From contig OZ024742.1 of NCBI GenBank assembly GCA_964016885.1, forward strand, positions 87,110,001 through 87,174,000: a stretch of DNA of 64,000 nucleotides, in the 5' to 3' direction. Origin of the DNA: Eledone cirrhosa (Eukaryota). How positions within the stretch are numbered: position 1 is the stretch's first letter; every line of letters starts with the position of its first letter. Below, piece by piece: positions 15,381 to 31,295 of the stretch. The translations under genes and the position numbers were made by a program. Below the pieces are notes generated by a model. It was not told the origin of the DNA. It saw only the letters and a list, made by a program, of their open reading frames with translations, and ran no database searches.

Positions 15381-16882
15381 CTTAGAAAGGAAAATAATGA
15401 AGATTGTACGTTCATACTTTATTAAAATTGATTATATTAGCCTATTGACCTATCGAATGATGATAATAGAATTCCGTTAAGAGAGTCCAATTTTGAAAAA
15501 AACAGTTTCTTGTTGTTTTTTTTCCAATTCAAATATTTACATTCGTCTTATTTGTTATTACTTAAGATTTTTAATATTTTAATCATGCAGAAAAATAAAT
15601 ATTTAATAAAAACTAAAGGGTAATGTAGAAATATGTTTAAATACTTCCAAATGAAACCAAATAAAAGACAAACGTATATATTAATTGAGAGAAATATTTT
15701 CGTTGAACATCGATTTAAACTGTTTTCTTTTTACAATGTTTATCATAAATATTTTTTAACATTTAGCCTCTGATTTTGCTTATATAACATTTGATAAGTT
15801 TCTATCGAAACCAAATCCTTGTTCCTGTCTAAATACACCATCGCTGTTCTCAGGGAGTATAATTAAACATTACTGAATATAAAAGCATTAAGATACTTAA
15901 CTCTTCGATTTGGCAATTTATATCTGTTGTACGTAGTGAACAATATTTCAATATATTGTATTCATACAAGTAATGCAAACCCTTTTAAATCTATAGATTT
16001 ACTATGATATCCGTTCTTTGACCTTAATGATTCTGTCCCAACCTGAACTTTACATATTCTTTTTCTCTGACACACTTCAGAAACAGAGCAATTTAATATT
16101 CAAAATATTCATATTTGTAATATGGCAAACAGAATCCCTTCTAGTTATACTCGCTTGTTTTAAAATAGAACAACACATTAAATGTAATGTTCTCCTAAAT
16201 ATAGTATCCGTAAATAAAGGAATTTACAGAGTAGAAACACCAGCCGATAGTTACCCCGTAAAAAAACAACAACCACACACACTCTTTTTTTAAAATACCA
16301 GCTCCCTTTATATTTACAGTTGATTCCTGATTGGCGTGCATTATATAAGTATCGACAACCACATTTTGAATCACAATATCAATTATACAAACTACTAACG
16401 TTTGGGAAGATCTATATTTAATGAAAAACACATTTGAAATAAAATAATATGAAACAAAATAATTTCATACATCAGTATTTATTAATCTGAAAAGATAAAA
16501 TATGCCTTAGTTCAATCAGACACACACACCCACACACGCAGACAAACACACACATACATACACTTACACACACATACACACCCACACACACACATATATA
16601 TATATATATATACTCGCTTATAAATCAGACACGCGTGCATGATACACGTGAGATTGTTTCATACACTGACTACTCTAAACTTTCCTCTTGCTTTATCTTC
16701 ATAAACTGCCAATGCTTCATTTTTATTTTTATTTTTATTTTTATCCTTTAACCTTTATATATAAATTGCCATGCTATATCATTTTGATGGATGTCATCCC
16801 ACTGGGGGTCAATATGTGCATATGTTTTTATATGTCTCTTGTGTTCAAAATGAGGTAAAGTATGTTATAGATCACTAAATAA

Positions 16883-16931
16883 TTGCTCCGAAGAAACCAA
16901 ACCTCGGTTTGGAGGAAACAATTGTAAGCAA
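16883..16931 (+). ncRNA. Minimal type I hammerhead motif (U4C core change)
   Basis: ttgct-CCGAAGA-aa ccaaacc tc ggtttgg ag-GAAA-caatt-GTA-agcaa, with palindromic stem III acaattgt. Confidence 0.7.
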
Positions 16932-17219
16932 ATAAATGATTTAAACTGAACTTTGATTATTGTAATCTCTATATAACTGCTCTGTAAAACAACCGATATT
17001 ATTACATTGAGCTATTTATCTTACTGATGATAAGATAGTAATTAATGACTATCTTTCACTATTTAGGGTTTGTATTAAAAATATATAACCATAAAAGGTT
17101 TTATTACATACATAACCATAAATAGTATACTTAATACTTATATATATATATATATAGAAACAACCAAATTGATATACGTTTAATACTCTTAATATTGATA
17201 TACGTATCTGTAATTCCGA

Positions 17220-17700
17220 GACCAGACACCATATCCTTCACTGACATATAAGTATTGCAATTACTTGAATTGTTTAACACCACAGCAGCCACTAAATTGT
17301 GTAGACATGTTCATGGGTTCAATGATAAACGCAAACTATGATCTAATTCCATTAAAACAACTTTAGTAACCGAATGTTAATCATGATGCTTTACTGAATG
17401 GGGATATATTCAAAACATTGTCGAAAGGCTCCATTCTCAAATCGAGTAATACACTGTTTGGGATCGGGAAGCTCACATTTCATGAAGGACATATATTCGG
17501 TAAAGGTCGCCTCCGTCATCAGCATATTTGACCTTTCCTTCGTTTAGAAATGAGGTGTGAGGCAGTGATTTGAGGGCAATTCCAAATATCTTAAAAATCG
17601 ATGAGACAGTAAATCAATACACTGTATTCCATTAAGTGGACCACGTCTCTTATACACATTATCAATAATTATTACAGAAAACCTGGTTCATTAACTTCCA
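17220..17700 (-). pseudogene. Highly decayed APE-type LINE reverse transcriptase fragment
   Basis: KYADD at 17529-17515 (minus strand), followed by W..N.LNI-like and FK*L-like remnants. Confidence 0.35.
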
Positions 17701-18337
17701 ACAATATCCTATATCTTCCATGAACGTATTTCCTTATTCAGTAAAGTATATTTCGCAAGTTGCGGAGTTTGCTGGCGTTCAAATCTAAGAGTGACATATT
17801 ATCTATTGATTAAATTTCAATTTTTTATTCTGTATTCCTACTCGACTCACACTTGATGATTTCACTGAATAAAATATTGCAGGTTTGCAGATTCTATAGA
17901 ACGGATTTCGCATTAAATACGCCTGACAGCTGATGTTAGTGTATATTATGGTAAATTGATGTGACAAAAATCAGAATCTCCTAAACTAACATGCATTTAT
18001 ATGAAAATAAATAAATTTAAAGTGACGGTTAGCAATCTTGGTCAAAAAGAGTCATCTTCAGTGTAATTTCCATGTCATCATTAGTATCGTTGAAAATGGC
18101 AAATAGAAAATGTGGAAAAATGCCAATGTGTTGTTAATGTAAGCATAGCCTGCCAAATATTTCATATTTGAATACATTTAGGTTTACATCATGAAATTGA
18201 TTAGCTGTGACACGAATCTTTCAACACTCAAAGCGATGTGCTCTCCTATACAAATCGTTTGAATTTATGTATATCTCTAAAGACACTTTCAACGTTACGC
18301 ACATACATATATGTCTATATAATTATCTTTCTATATA

Positions 18338-18448
<111 letters not shown>

Positions 18449-19314
18449 ATCTCTCCATCACCAATCGAATATGCAACTGTCTTTTTTTTAAAATAAATAT
18501 TTATTTGATTCCTTAAAAATATGGAACGCTTCACGAATTTACGTGTCATCCTATATACATATATCTATAATATATAAATACATATTGATATCTATATATA
18601 TATATATATATATGTGTATGTGTGTATGTGCATGTATGTGTGTGTGTGTTTGTATGTGTGTATGTGTATGTATGTGTATGTATGTGTGTGTGTGTGTGTG
18701 TATGTGTGTGCGGGTGAGACAGAGCGTATGAGTTTGTGTATGCATGTTTGTCAATCGAAAAAAAAAAAAAATTAATGTTAAACTCTATGAAATACACGAC
18801 TCTGTTGCATCTAAATGCGTATCACTGATATTTTCCCAAATATTTCCTCATTGCGCTCGCATTTGCGTTTCACAATTGTCAGTTCTGTGTGTATTAATAT
18901 TTCTTGACATTTTGAGGTGGATTGTGTTTATTTCGATCCTATACGAAATGTACAGTTAGCCCACCCGATTTCACAGCATCATTTGGAGTAAGATACTAGA
19001 GACAATTAAGGTAAAGCAAGTACACATACTTTTGTGTGACGTCAGGTTAAACCGGTGTTGCCACTTATAGCATTAGAGTCATGAATAAAGCAAAAGTGAA
19101 ATAAAAAAAAAGATATGTTTTGACACGCGAGAAAATATTTTTTTCATTTTACAAAGCGATTGACGGGAATGTTCATGAACTAAAAACATAAGATAGCATG
19201 CTTCCAACTACCTTCAAAAATTCGTTATTTTGAGGTTTTCAGGAAATTCTACAACATTCAAAATAACACTTTATCCATTTTAGAGTGCACTTGCAACGGA
19301 CTTTTCCTAAATCT

Positions 19315-19850
19315 ACGCCTCCGCGTGTGAAATCCACGTAAATCTCATTGTAGGGTGGTCGTTGACAAGTTTGGCCTGCTTGCACTGGCTTGCTGCCAGT
19401 GTGCATGCCTGTACCACGGACATGCTGCTCTCCTCGATATATTGAGAAGGAGCCTGGATGCAGCCGGCTATCAATAACAACTGGAGCTTACAGGCTTAGA
19501 CCAGGGCTGGGACGCCACATAATGTGAAACGTTCTCTGCTTCCAGCTTACTAAACTCCGGTCACAAACCCTGGTATTGAGGCCCGCACTGCAGCGGAAAG
19601 GAAGACGAACAAATCCCGGATATTGTCCGGCCGCTTCCACTTCGAACCAGTCAGCGTCGAGACATCAGACGTACTCAGACCCCGTAGTACTGAGTTCATC
19701 CGCATGTCCGAAGGTCAGCAACCTGTGTGAGGAAGAAGCCCCGCGGGATGGAGTGGATGTTGCAGTGCGTTTCGCTGGTTATTTTCCCGTGAAATGTGTT
19801 TGCAGTCTTGTCCGTGTAGCGCTGCGCTACACCATCGCATCCTAGACTTA
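19315..19850 (+). mobile_element. Decayed CRE-like non-LTR retrotransposon 3' region (Zn knuckle + RLE)
   Basis: Translates to HC..VDKFGL.ALAC....H...DILRRSLDAAGY...LE.TGLD / WDAT.CETFSASS / AAERKTNK..ILSGRFHFEPVSVETS, the pattern of CRE-clade RLE C-termini. The segment is GC-rich relative to its flanks. Confidence 0.65.
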
Positions 19851-20645
19851 GAGCGTATCCCATCCCCGCTTTCTTCCCTTTCTTCTGTGGCCCTAGATTC
19901 CACGCTTTTCCCCTCCACTTCCTCTCATTTATGTCTTCTTTCATATTCCTTTGCTCTACTTTCCCGTACAACCAGATCTGCCAATCCTTTATTATCCATG
20001 TGATCAGTACTTAGTTATGCTTTTATTTTTCTTATTTTATACTTATTTATCTTTTGAAATTAGAATTCGCTTACCGACGTTAATATTTGTAATTTCTCTC
20101 TGTTTATATATTAACAAATGCCCGACAGCAACTTTACATTGTAGACAGTCTTGATTAGATTCCATACAGTAAATATATTTTAATGTTTCGAAATGGAATA
20201 TCCTAAAGTGAAACGTTGTTAAAAATTGGAAAAATTGGAAATGCATGCAGCTCTAACGTAATATATTTGATTGTAACGGACGCAGTAAATCGATACATAA
20301 CCTTTTAAATGAAGCCAGATTATAAATCGCACAGGAGTATTATAAGAGTCACCATTTGATGTGTATGTTCTCTCATATTTCTGAGACCACTTTCCACACA
20401 GATGAAACCAGGATGAAACAGATATTAGATTTCTTATATACATTAGACATGTACATACTTGCAAATGTATTTATTCACATTATTGATGGTATAGACGATT
20501 AACTATGACATATGAACATGGTTGAAAACTGACAGTCGTTTATTTATACAGTTATTACACAGCACATTTCACATTTGGAAGTTTGCGCAAAATAATTTAA
20601 AATATTGTGAATTTATTATGATATCGTAAAAATCATTATCTCTCG

Positions 20646-20788
<143 letters not shown>

Positions 20789-20791
20789 CTA

Positions 20792-20824
<33 letters not shown>

Positions 20825-20843
20825 TACAATACATATACTACAA

Positions 20844-21736
20844 GACATATACTACAAGCCCACAGACTCCAAGCAATATCTTCCTTTCAACTCTTGCCAC
20901 CCTAGACACGTTAAAATAGATATTCCCTACAACTTAGCCAAGAGAATATGTACTATAGTCTCCAATAAGAACACCAGCTACTTACGGCTACAAGAACTAA
21001 AGGACACACTCATAGGCAGAGACTAACCCTGCATCACTGATTGACAATATAATCCAACGTGCCCTAAAACTCAGTACCCAGGACCTTAGACACCCTAAAG
21101 TAAATCAACCGAAACTAAAAGCTGTTCCATACATCTTCACACACAACCCTCTCAACAATCAGGCCTTTGACACCATCCTCCAGAACATCCCTGTGTTGAA
21201 AAAGGACCATAGAATGAACCAAATCCTACGAACACACGATATTATAAAGAGCAAAAGGCAATCTAAGTCAATGAAAAAACATTCTAACACATGCCAAAGT
21301 ACAGCCAACCACAACAACGAAACCCACAGTAAAAACATGCGATAGACCCAACTGTGGCTTTTGCATCAACCTAATAGAGGGTTCGGAATTCTATTTCAAA
21401 GAAGGACAACGTTTTATAGTAAAACACAATTTCACATGTGCATCGGAAAATCTAATATATGTATTAACTTGCTCAGGTTGTCGAGAACAATACATAGGCC
21501 AGACCAAATACAGTCTCCGCCAACGCATGACTGTACATAGATCCCAAATTAAAATAAGGGTATACAGGAAAATACCACTGAGTGAACACATTGATACCTG
21601 TGCCGCCCAAAATCATCCCAACTTCAGAATCTTTCCCCTCTACAAATTTAAAGATAATGCCACCCACACCCAGCGCATCAGCAAGGAATCTTACTTTATT
21701 AACAAATACGGACCCCGTCTAAACAATTCTCCCTAA
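20844..21736 (+). mobile_element. Penelope-like element, 5'-truncated: RT thumb + GIY-YIG endonuclease (frameshifted)
   Basis: DIYYKPTDSKQYLPFNSCHPRHVKIDIPYNLAKRICTIVS; FTCASENLIYVLTCSGCREQYIGQTKYSLRQRMTVHRSQI..LSEHIDTC..RISKESYFINKYGPRLN. Confidence 0.9.
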
Positions 21737-21845
21737 GACGAACCCACAACATACACACGTCAACATACATACCTACATCAGCATACATCTCTACCCACAT
21801 ATAAACACAATGACATACGTAAACACACATGTTCTATGGTGCAAC

Positions 21846-21896
<51 letters not shown>

Positions 21897-22116
21897 AATA
21901 TATGTATGTGTATATATATATAGTGAATATCATTTCACACCTTTTATTGTTAAGGTTTTTGAAGTTCTATTAAGAGAATCGATTTTACTGAAAATATCGA
22001 ATACTGTACAGCATTTTACCAGGAAAAAAATACTGGTCCACCCACCCACACACACACACACATACATTCTCAAACACACACATACATATATATATACAGA
22101 CACACACACACACACA

Positions 22117-22544
<428 letters not shown>

Positions 22545-22888
22545 TCTTAATAGGCATTTGAACTGTCAACAGGCTGCGGTTCGCACACACATCCCGGCTA
22601 ACCATTATCACAACAACGAACACTTTACTGCTACTACTACACACACACACACACACATTTGTTGTGAAAGAGTCATTTCTCAGTCTTGGCGCAAAATCAA
22701 TTTTTATACATTCACATGACCTCTACCGACCAATCAAAATTGTTTTGACCACAAGAATTTTTGCAACACGAATTGGCGCAAAAAATAATTTTAATTGCGC
22801 TGGAGCCATTTTTTTAACATAAAAACAGGTAGAATTCCCAAAACTAATCAGATCAGAGCAAACATCACGGACGCTCTATCTCAAAATT

Positions 22889-22927
22889 ATTTTTGAAAAG
22901 CATTTAGAAATGCGCAACCGGTAAAAC
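22889..22927 (+). ncRNA. Degenerate hammerhead relic in the pLTR downstream of Penelope
   Basis: ttt-TTGAAAA-gcat ttagaa atgc-GCAA-ccgg-TA-aaa. GAAA is mutated to GCAA. Confidence 0.5.
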
Positions 22928-22929
22928 TG

Positions 22930-23138
<209 letters not shown>

Positions 23139-23661
23139 CTATGCAAACCATGTCATACAATTCATATATATTTTGCTTCGAGTAATTCAGTAGTTATGCG
23201 GTAAATTAGTTGAATTCTTTGAATATGGAATAAAGGTCCCTGCGTTATTTGATGCCACCTCTGTGTTCTAAGAGATTTAACTACTGAGAATTTCTTGAAA
23301 TGATAGACATAGTCGATCACTCTGTTTAACTAAACCACCTGGTCTTTGATTCATTTAACACAATCTGATTCGTTGCACATACCATTTTTCAGATTATAAC
23401 ATTTTTCAGAATATTCATTTCCTCTCTTTACTTCTCCAATATATTTCTTATTTTTTTATCTCCGTGGAAAGACAGTGAAACATGAATAAATAATATTCTT
23501 TCAGTTATGTGACTCGAGTTTACATTATAGAATCTATGTTTAAATTATTAGAAGAAAACAAAATATTATGAGACATAAACAATAATGCATTTTAGTTTAA
23601 CGTAGATATGCAAACATGTAGAATATTATATATCACTAAGTTACATTACATAAACTTCACT

Positions 23662-23759
<98 letters not shown>

Positions 23760-24050
23760 CTCTTCACCTACTCCTCTACACGTCCACATGTACACACTTA
23801 CATATAAATCATATAAGACCTGAGCACTTGAGAACCACTTTGAGATATAGTTTGGGGCATGGTCAATTTTGCAGGAAATTTCTTCCATAAATATGTTTCT
23901 CTTGTTCTTAGACATATCAACATAATGTGCCAAATTTGTAAAAGATTAATAGAATACCGGCGTTTATCTATTCCTATATGCATATGTCTCTCTCTCTCTC
24001 GCTGTCTGTCTGTATGTCTGTTTCTGTCTGTCTGTCTCTCTCTTTATATC

Positions 24051-24191
<141 letters not shown>

Positions 24192-24587
24192 TCATCTAAG
24201 TACGTATGCATTTATCCGCCTGTATGTCGTTCTGATTGTCTATCGTTTTTCTATCTATCTATCTAGCCATCGATCTCTATGGTGATCGATATTTTTCAAG
24301 GTAACAATCGTTAGTTAATTGAAAACTATAAAGAAGAAAAATGGAATTTCAATTGTAGTCCGAAGAGTGAAAATAGATACTTGTACAAAACAAAGTCAAA
24401 CAAGTTTCATGTATTTAGATTTCAAAGGGATTTATAGACATTATTTAATTAAATCGTTTTAATTGACTCAAAACTACAGGAAATGCAACACGGACAAGGT
24501 GGTATTGTCGTGAAGTTTAGGGATAACTGAGAATTCAATCATCGTTATAGAGAATATATCCATTGTAAGCATTTATTTTTCTACTTG

Positions 24588-24708
<121 letters not shown>

Positions 24709-24721
24709 TGTGTGTATGTGT

Positions 24722-24753
<32 letters not shown>

Positions 24754-26347
24754 CTGTTGGTCTGTGTGTCTGTGTGTGTATATGTGTGTATGTGTGTGTA
24801 TGTGTGGGTGTGGGTGTGGATGTGTGTGTGTGTGTATTTATGTGCAGTGGCGCTTCTGCTGTGGAAAGGATGCTGTGGAAAAGGAATAGAGTAGGACACT
24901 TTAGAAATGCCACTTGTAGATGGAAATTATATCGCCTAATTGGGCTGAATTGATGCATAAATTGTATCTTAACAAGACGAGATTCCTCATGAATAATCGA
25001 ATTAAATATGATTATATAATGAAAGAAAAAGTAATCAATTTGCTCTAAATGATATTAATTACATTAACAGCATACTGACATAAATGTGTCCTTATATTAT
25101 AATAAGGAATAATAATTACTCATATTGCACAAGCCAATGCATCTTAAATATACGTTTATTTTATATCGGTAGGATATCGTGCGTATAAGAATATCGCGAA
25201 CGTTTTCCTTCTAATGCCATCAATCCAAAGGACCATATGGTAATATATTAAACGACTCGACTAAGAATTAATATGACTGAATAGAATGATGTACAGCGTT
25301 ATTAAATGTTAGATTGGCAACAATTTCTTCCGTTGAAAATATTTCACGAATTTTTATTAGCGCCAAAAGCAATATCGTTTACAAGTATATTTGCTCCCAT
25401 ATCTGCCATTGTAATACGTACCATCTAAAACATTTACAGTTAATTCTGTCAGGTTTTGCAGAATAAAATCTCAAGTGAACCCCTGTCATATACATATTTT
25501 TATTTTCTCATTTATGCTGCTTTTTCTAATCCTAGCCATGTCTATAAAAGTTTCCCACTCGAATCGACCAAATTGAATCCCATGGTATACTTGATTATGC
25601 TACGTAATTGATGGATTTCCATTTACTTAATTAACAGGAAATGTATTTTGCTGTAAAAATGATGCAACGCCTTTTTCCACAGTATGCATAAACACAGACA
25701 CACACTCAAATAACATATATCAACGAATACTTGTTTTCTGAACATTCCGTTTCCACTAGGTAATAAAATACAATTCGTATATAGAGTATGACGAATTGCT
25801 AGTACAGTATATTGTAGTACAAGAAATCATTGTTTTTTACAAGGTTACTTTTCAACAAGTTCGGTGATAACTCTCGGCACACGATGAATGTACATACACA
25901 AGTACACATATATTCAACTTCTTGCTAGTAGGCCATATTTCGACGACATCACTAAATATTTAGAGACAATGTTTGTTTCACTTCTTACAAAGAGTTCGTC
26001 CTATTTCTAAATAAGAGGGAAGCGGGTCGTGAAAGAAATATATCTTATAGCGATACATTTTTTACCGCAATCGCTTTTAATTATATCTTCCATATCGCTA
26101 TTAAATGGAAATATTTTTTTCGGAATTCCATTCATTTGATTCCATCGAAATGTAATCAATGCTTAAATATATGAAGACAACACGTTGGAAATGGATATGA
26201 AACAAAATCCTCAAAATCGCGTTATTTGTAATTGCTACTCTAGCGTTAACATTGTCCCATTGCTATTGCTGCTATCAAAACATGTTATTACTTTTATTAA
26301 CACCTTCGACAATTGGCATGTTATGTTATCGTATCTGGGTACGAAAT

Positions 26348-26436
26348 AATTGTTTCTACTTTTGGCACAAGGCCAGTAATTATCCAGTGCATTACTGGTA
26401 CTTTATTTGATCGACCCTGTAAGGATGAAAGGCAAA
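26348..26436 (-). mobile_element. SINE, 5'-truncated (same family as 15199)
   Basis: Core and tail match 15199-15290. Confidence 0.8.
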
Positions 26437-27165
26437 TATTACACAATATATGTTTGGATAATAAATTACCAAACGTGTAACGTGAATTTACAATACACAC
26501 TTTTGTGGTATTAGTATTTAGATTATTAACGTAAATAAATATTTACAAAAAATGATCTCCATTGTTGTCATTGTTGCACCCAATCTGTTAATCGCTGTAT
26601 AAATGCCCTCTTTGGAAAGTAAATTGACGTTGACAACCGTAGAGAAAAAAACCCAAGAAGGAATACTAACAAAATACAAAACAAAAGGAATACTAAACAA
26701 ATACAGAACTATACTCTCCTTCCTCACCACCTCCCGATCCTTCTGGTTTTCTATGACAAGGTATACATATGCTGCGTATAGGACCAATGGGATTAAACAT
26801 ATTCGAATAATTATAATAATAGTAGAGGCAAAATGATAAATATCTACGCATACGTATTGACTTATTTAATTAAATGGAAACAAATATATCCAAATGTTCG
26901 TAACAATTATTTATATGATAACTCATATGCAACGCTGAACAGGCCTAGACATATATATATATGGTATGATCTCGTAAATTTGTAGGGGCGCCGTTTTGAA
27001 ATACACTATTTACAGACAGTGCTGAGGTGTCAAACTCAGCTGAATTTTGAAACCATACACACTGAACGACAACGATTTCACACCCTCCATTTCTTGACCC
27101 TTATCATTTGTTTGGCACACAACACTCTAGGACAAACCACGCATGACCAATCATGTGATTGAACA

Positions 27166-27282
27166 TGGCAATATAGAACCCTCAAACACGAAATGGCACG
27201 AAATTCGGTTGGTTGATGACTGCCACGTGATTAAGTATATCAAATTTCGTGCCAGTTCATGTTTGAAGGGTCTTTATTGCCA
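27166..27282. repeat. 40-bp imperfect inverted repeat (possible MITE or Helitron-derived piece)
   Basis: 27166-27205 vs 27243-27282. Confidence 0.7.
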
Positions 27283-28312
27283 CTGGACACCATTTGATTT
27301 ATGTGAGACAATGTGACCCCTAGTGGGCCCACTGTCCTTTGTCCTTAAATTGTATTTTTTAAAATATTGTTTATACGCTTACATTCAAACAATATTTTTC
27401 GTTCGTTAACTTGACCTCTTTTCCTTTTTTTTTCTTTAGTTTACCAATATTAATGTCACGAAGGTTTCGCCCGCCTCCCCATGTATTGCAATCGCTTACA
27501 TAATGTTCACACTATATCTTAATTTCTTCATAATTAATAAATACTTCATATAATTTAAATGTATAATCCGCTTATGCTTAACAATTATGTATGTCCTGAT
27601 TAGAATATTTAATTAACAGTCTTACTGATAATCCTCATAAATCAAATTTGTTTAACTACATTGTATCTCATCATCACTAGAGGTAGCTGATCAACATGCG
27701 AACTTTGATTATGACTTTCGTATGCAAAGAACACATTGCGCAAAGAACGTTGAGATACACTGGTTCAGAAAGAAATAGTTAATGTACAATATCGGATAAT
27801 TGTTGAGAAATGCTGACCTTAATGTAAACAAAAGTATAAAGGCTCCCTACAACCGGTAATATACATTAATGACAATTATATGAAAGAATTACTATTCTGA
27901 CGTCACCTGGATAAATATCAAGAACACAATTTGTCAAGAAATCATTCAAAATTATAAATCCATTCAGTCATGGAAAAATAGGTATGATTTAAGATTTGTC
28001 CAGTGCAAATTTTGGTTTGTTAATTTCGTGTATTGTTTAAACGTTACAAAATAAATATTACAAATTATTTAAGATATTTCATTCTTCTCATGTAATTTAC
28101 ATAGTTTCCTACGATAGAATTTAATTAAGGATTAAACGTTACGCGTGACACATCATCTTCTATCATAATGTATTGATAAATACCGGTGAAACATATAGAA
28201 ATAATTAAATTGGGTGACGCAAATGTCAACGGCACATTTGAAGCCACGGGTTTGACCAAGTACCATTAAGACAAATTGCACAATGCTATAGAGTGTTTAT
28301 TATTATATATAA

Positions 28313-28554
28313 GGGCGGTGGCTTGGCAGTATCAGTAGAGGGTCGGACGCCATGCTTTCCAGCATAGTTACGTCCCCTTACGATCTGAGTTCAAATCACG
28401 CCGAGGTTGACTCTGCCTGTCATCCTTACTGAGTCGATGAAATAAAGTACCAGTAATGCACTGGTGAATTTCTAGCCTTGTGCCTAAAGTAGAAACAATG
28501 TTTATATATAATGTACTTGGTAATTGCTGGCCTTGTGCCTAAAGTAGAAACAAT

Positions 28555-28556
<2 letters not shown>
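28313..28556 (+). mobile_element. tRNA-derived SINE with duplicated 3' tail
   Basis: gggcggtggcttggcagtatc...gagttcaaatc...catccttactgagtcgatgaaataaagtaccag...ccttgtgcctaaagtagaaacaat, with the tail occurring twice. Confidence 0.9.
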
Positions 28557-28618
<62 letters not shown>

Positions 28619-29975
28619 GTGTTAACTTACATAGTATATATACATGAAGTTAAGTGAATGAAAAGATTAGCATGTGACAGAAAATGAATACACAATATAA
28701 TATTATGATTGTTATATGGGGCATAATACATCATATTAAATGTATCGATCTTTATAAACTTCTATAATGCGATGTAATTGAAAACAGGTATGGTTCAGTA
28801 ATTATTCAAATTAAACTTTTAAAAAATGAAATACCATAGAAAAAGGAGCAATGAAGCTGTGCATTTTCAGTTCGATTAGCGTTCAAATGTTATGGTTGAC
28901 TAATTAATATTCTCATATTTAATATCTCTTATAATTGAACCTCTACAGTATTTTAAGAGTAAAATTCTAAAAGTAATCTTAAATATATGCAACACTAACC
29001 ACAATTTAGTACCGTATTATATTTATCTTTCTGTTTGTAGTTGTATCTGATTTGTAAACCAGCCTCGATGTATTGAATACAATGAATTCTGTGTGGCTTC
29101 TAACTTATATTGTGTTTCAACTGAAAGATGAATATATTTGCTGAGTAGTTACTACAACAACATAACACCTTATAAGAAAATATTATATTTCATTGCATGA
29201 TAAAATAGCAAACATGGTTGTTATAGATTTCGTCCAGCGTATCAAATAGTTTTCTCAGTGGTTCTGAATATGTAGTCAGTAGCGAGTAATATATCAGTCA
29301 AAAGATATAATCTCCTTCATAAAGCTATAAATTGTAATGGGCATCATGGAAATACGAACACAAAGCAAGCACCAACATCCAAACGTTTAAGTTATTACGT
29401 TTAGGTGAAAATACTATTCATTGTGAAGCTGGAAATGGTGGTGTACCTGGATGTGATTGTAACTTTAATGTAGGCGTTACATATTACTTAGAATACATAT
29501 AGTCTCTGTTAATGCTATTCTAAGAAGATATGTGATATTATACACATAAAATGTTAATGATACTGTACAATAGAGACCCGAATATTAAATAAATAAAATT
29601 TCACAATATTTAAATTCTATCCAGCTTCAAAATTGACGTGTATTTTGCTTGCCCATATTATCTTGAGCATCTGAGACTAGATTTTTAGATGTCTAGCTAT
29701 GATTACGTGTCATGGTATTTTGTCACAACACTACGCTAACATCAATTATTGTGGTAAGGAAAGACGTCTTTGTGTAAACGGATACTGTTTTTCATTACCA
29801 TAATTAACAAGGCGACGGAGTTCATAATTAATAATTGAATAACGTATTTATTCAAGTTACAGAAATATAATTATCTTTAAAATGTCTCCAAGAATATAAT
29901 ATAATATACACCCCCCACACATAACTATCGACACGCACACGCGCACACACGAACATACACACACATAGCCATACG

Positions 29976-30083
<108 letters not shown>

Positions 30084-31295
30084 GTACGAACACAGTTTCA
30101 TAGACTTAATATTTATGGGATAGCAATGGTTTACCTGTATATAAGGTCAGTTTAAAAGTGCCTCCTCTATTATAAAGTGGTGGCCAAAACTGCTTCGCGA
30201 AACGACTGAGAGCACATATATGTTAAGTGTATGAAAATGTAATTGCACTAAATAAACTCTCATCCAACAGATCGAGCAATTGGTGTGGCGATGATCGTCA
30301 TTGCAATATTCAACAAGGTCTTATTATTAAATGACTTTAACATTTACAACTTTGCATTTTTCTCATTCTTAGTATACACCGTCATATTTATTTTGAAGGA
30401 GTAACATAATGTAATATGCTTCACATGAATTGCATCTAAATCTACCGTATGTATTTGACTTCACCTGTTGAACGTGTTTTGATACAATCCGATGAATTTG
30501 ATGAAGTAAAGCATTAGCTAAAAACTACACCGGTAATCTCCTCTGTTGTTTGACATCACTAACTGCTGAGGGCAATAAAACTATGAACCAACTTTCGCCC
30601 GGATTTATGAGAGAAACAAAAGCAACGATATCCACGTATTTTTCCGCAACACGTTATATTTCACACTAAAGCGTGAAACAAGATCTCCTACTAATTCCAA
30701 TCCTACCACACCTAACCATAGACAGCCCGATGAGTCTATCTGCATATTCGGCAAGGACTAAACGAACCAAAACACCCAAAGCAATGTGAATACAACTGGA
30801 CTCTTTATAATTCGTCAGCTCTATTTTGTTCCCACACATCATTTTCACATATTTTCCCTTTATTTCTTTATTTTCTTAATAATTTCTTTTTTTCTCCTTT
30901 TATCTATTCTTCTTTGTACTTTTTTCCTTAGATTTTTCTTAAACATATATTCTTATCTGTCACTGCCGGATTGCCTGGGCTATCCACTATATGACTATTT
31001 GATTATTACATTCTATATTATAAATTGCACCTGTTATTTTCGTTAAGATGCCAGTTTCTTTCTAGTCTGGAGTCATATAAAATTAATAGGCTATCTATTA
31101 CTTGAATATCTATCAGAATTCAACTTTGCTAATATGCAAGTCAGCCCGCTTGATACCATTTTAGTATATTCGACTCATATCGGAAATTTTAAATTCCTAC
31201 CTATTAACTTTTGACATTTTTATTTTTAATTTATGATCAATAATTATATTTTCCAATGAGAAATTATATTAACCAACGCTTAAAAGATCATTATG

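Noticed and set aside
17017-17037. CTGATGA in a small hairpin loop
   Set aside because: There is no stem II-GAAA-stem III arrangement, so it is not a hammerhead.
17495-17530. Minus-strand CTGATGA followed by a stem
   Set aside because: It lacks GAAA and is better explained as the YADD codons of a decayed RT.
26518-26836. Possible host exon or ORF
   Set aside because: There is no recognisable domain or convincing splice-site pair. Small host exons elsewhere in the window cannot be excluded without RNA-seq.
28313-28410. tRNA gene
   Set aside because: A/B-box-like motifs belong to the SINE head, and no cloverleaf forms.
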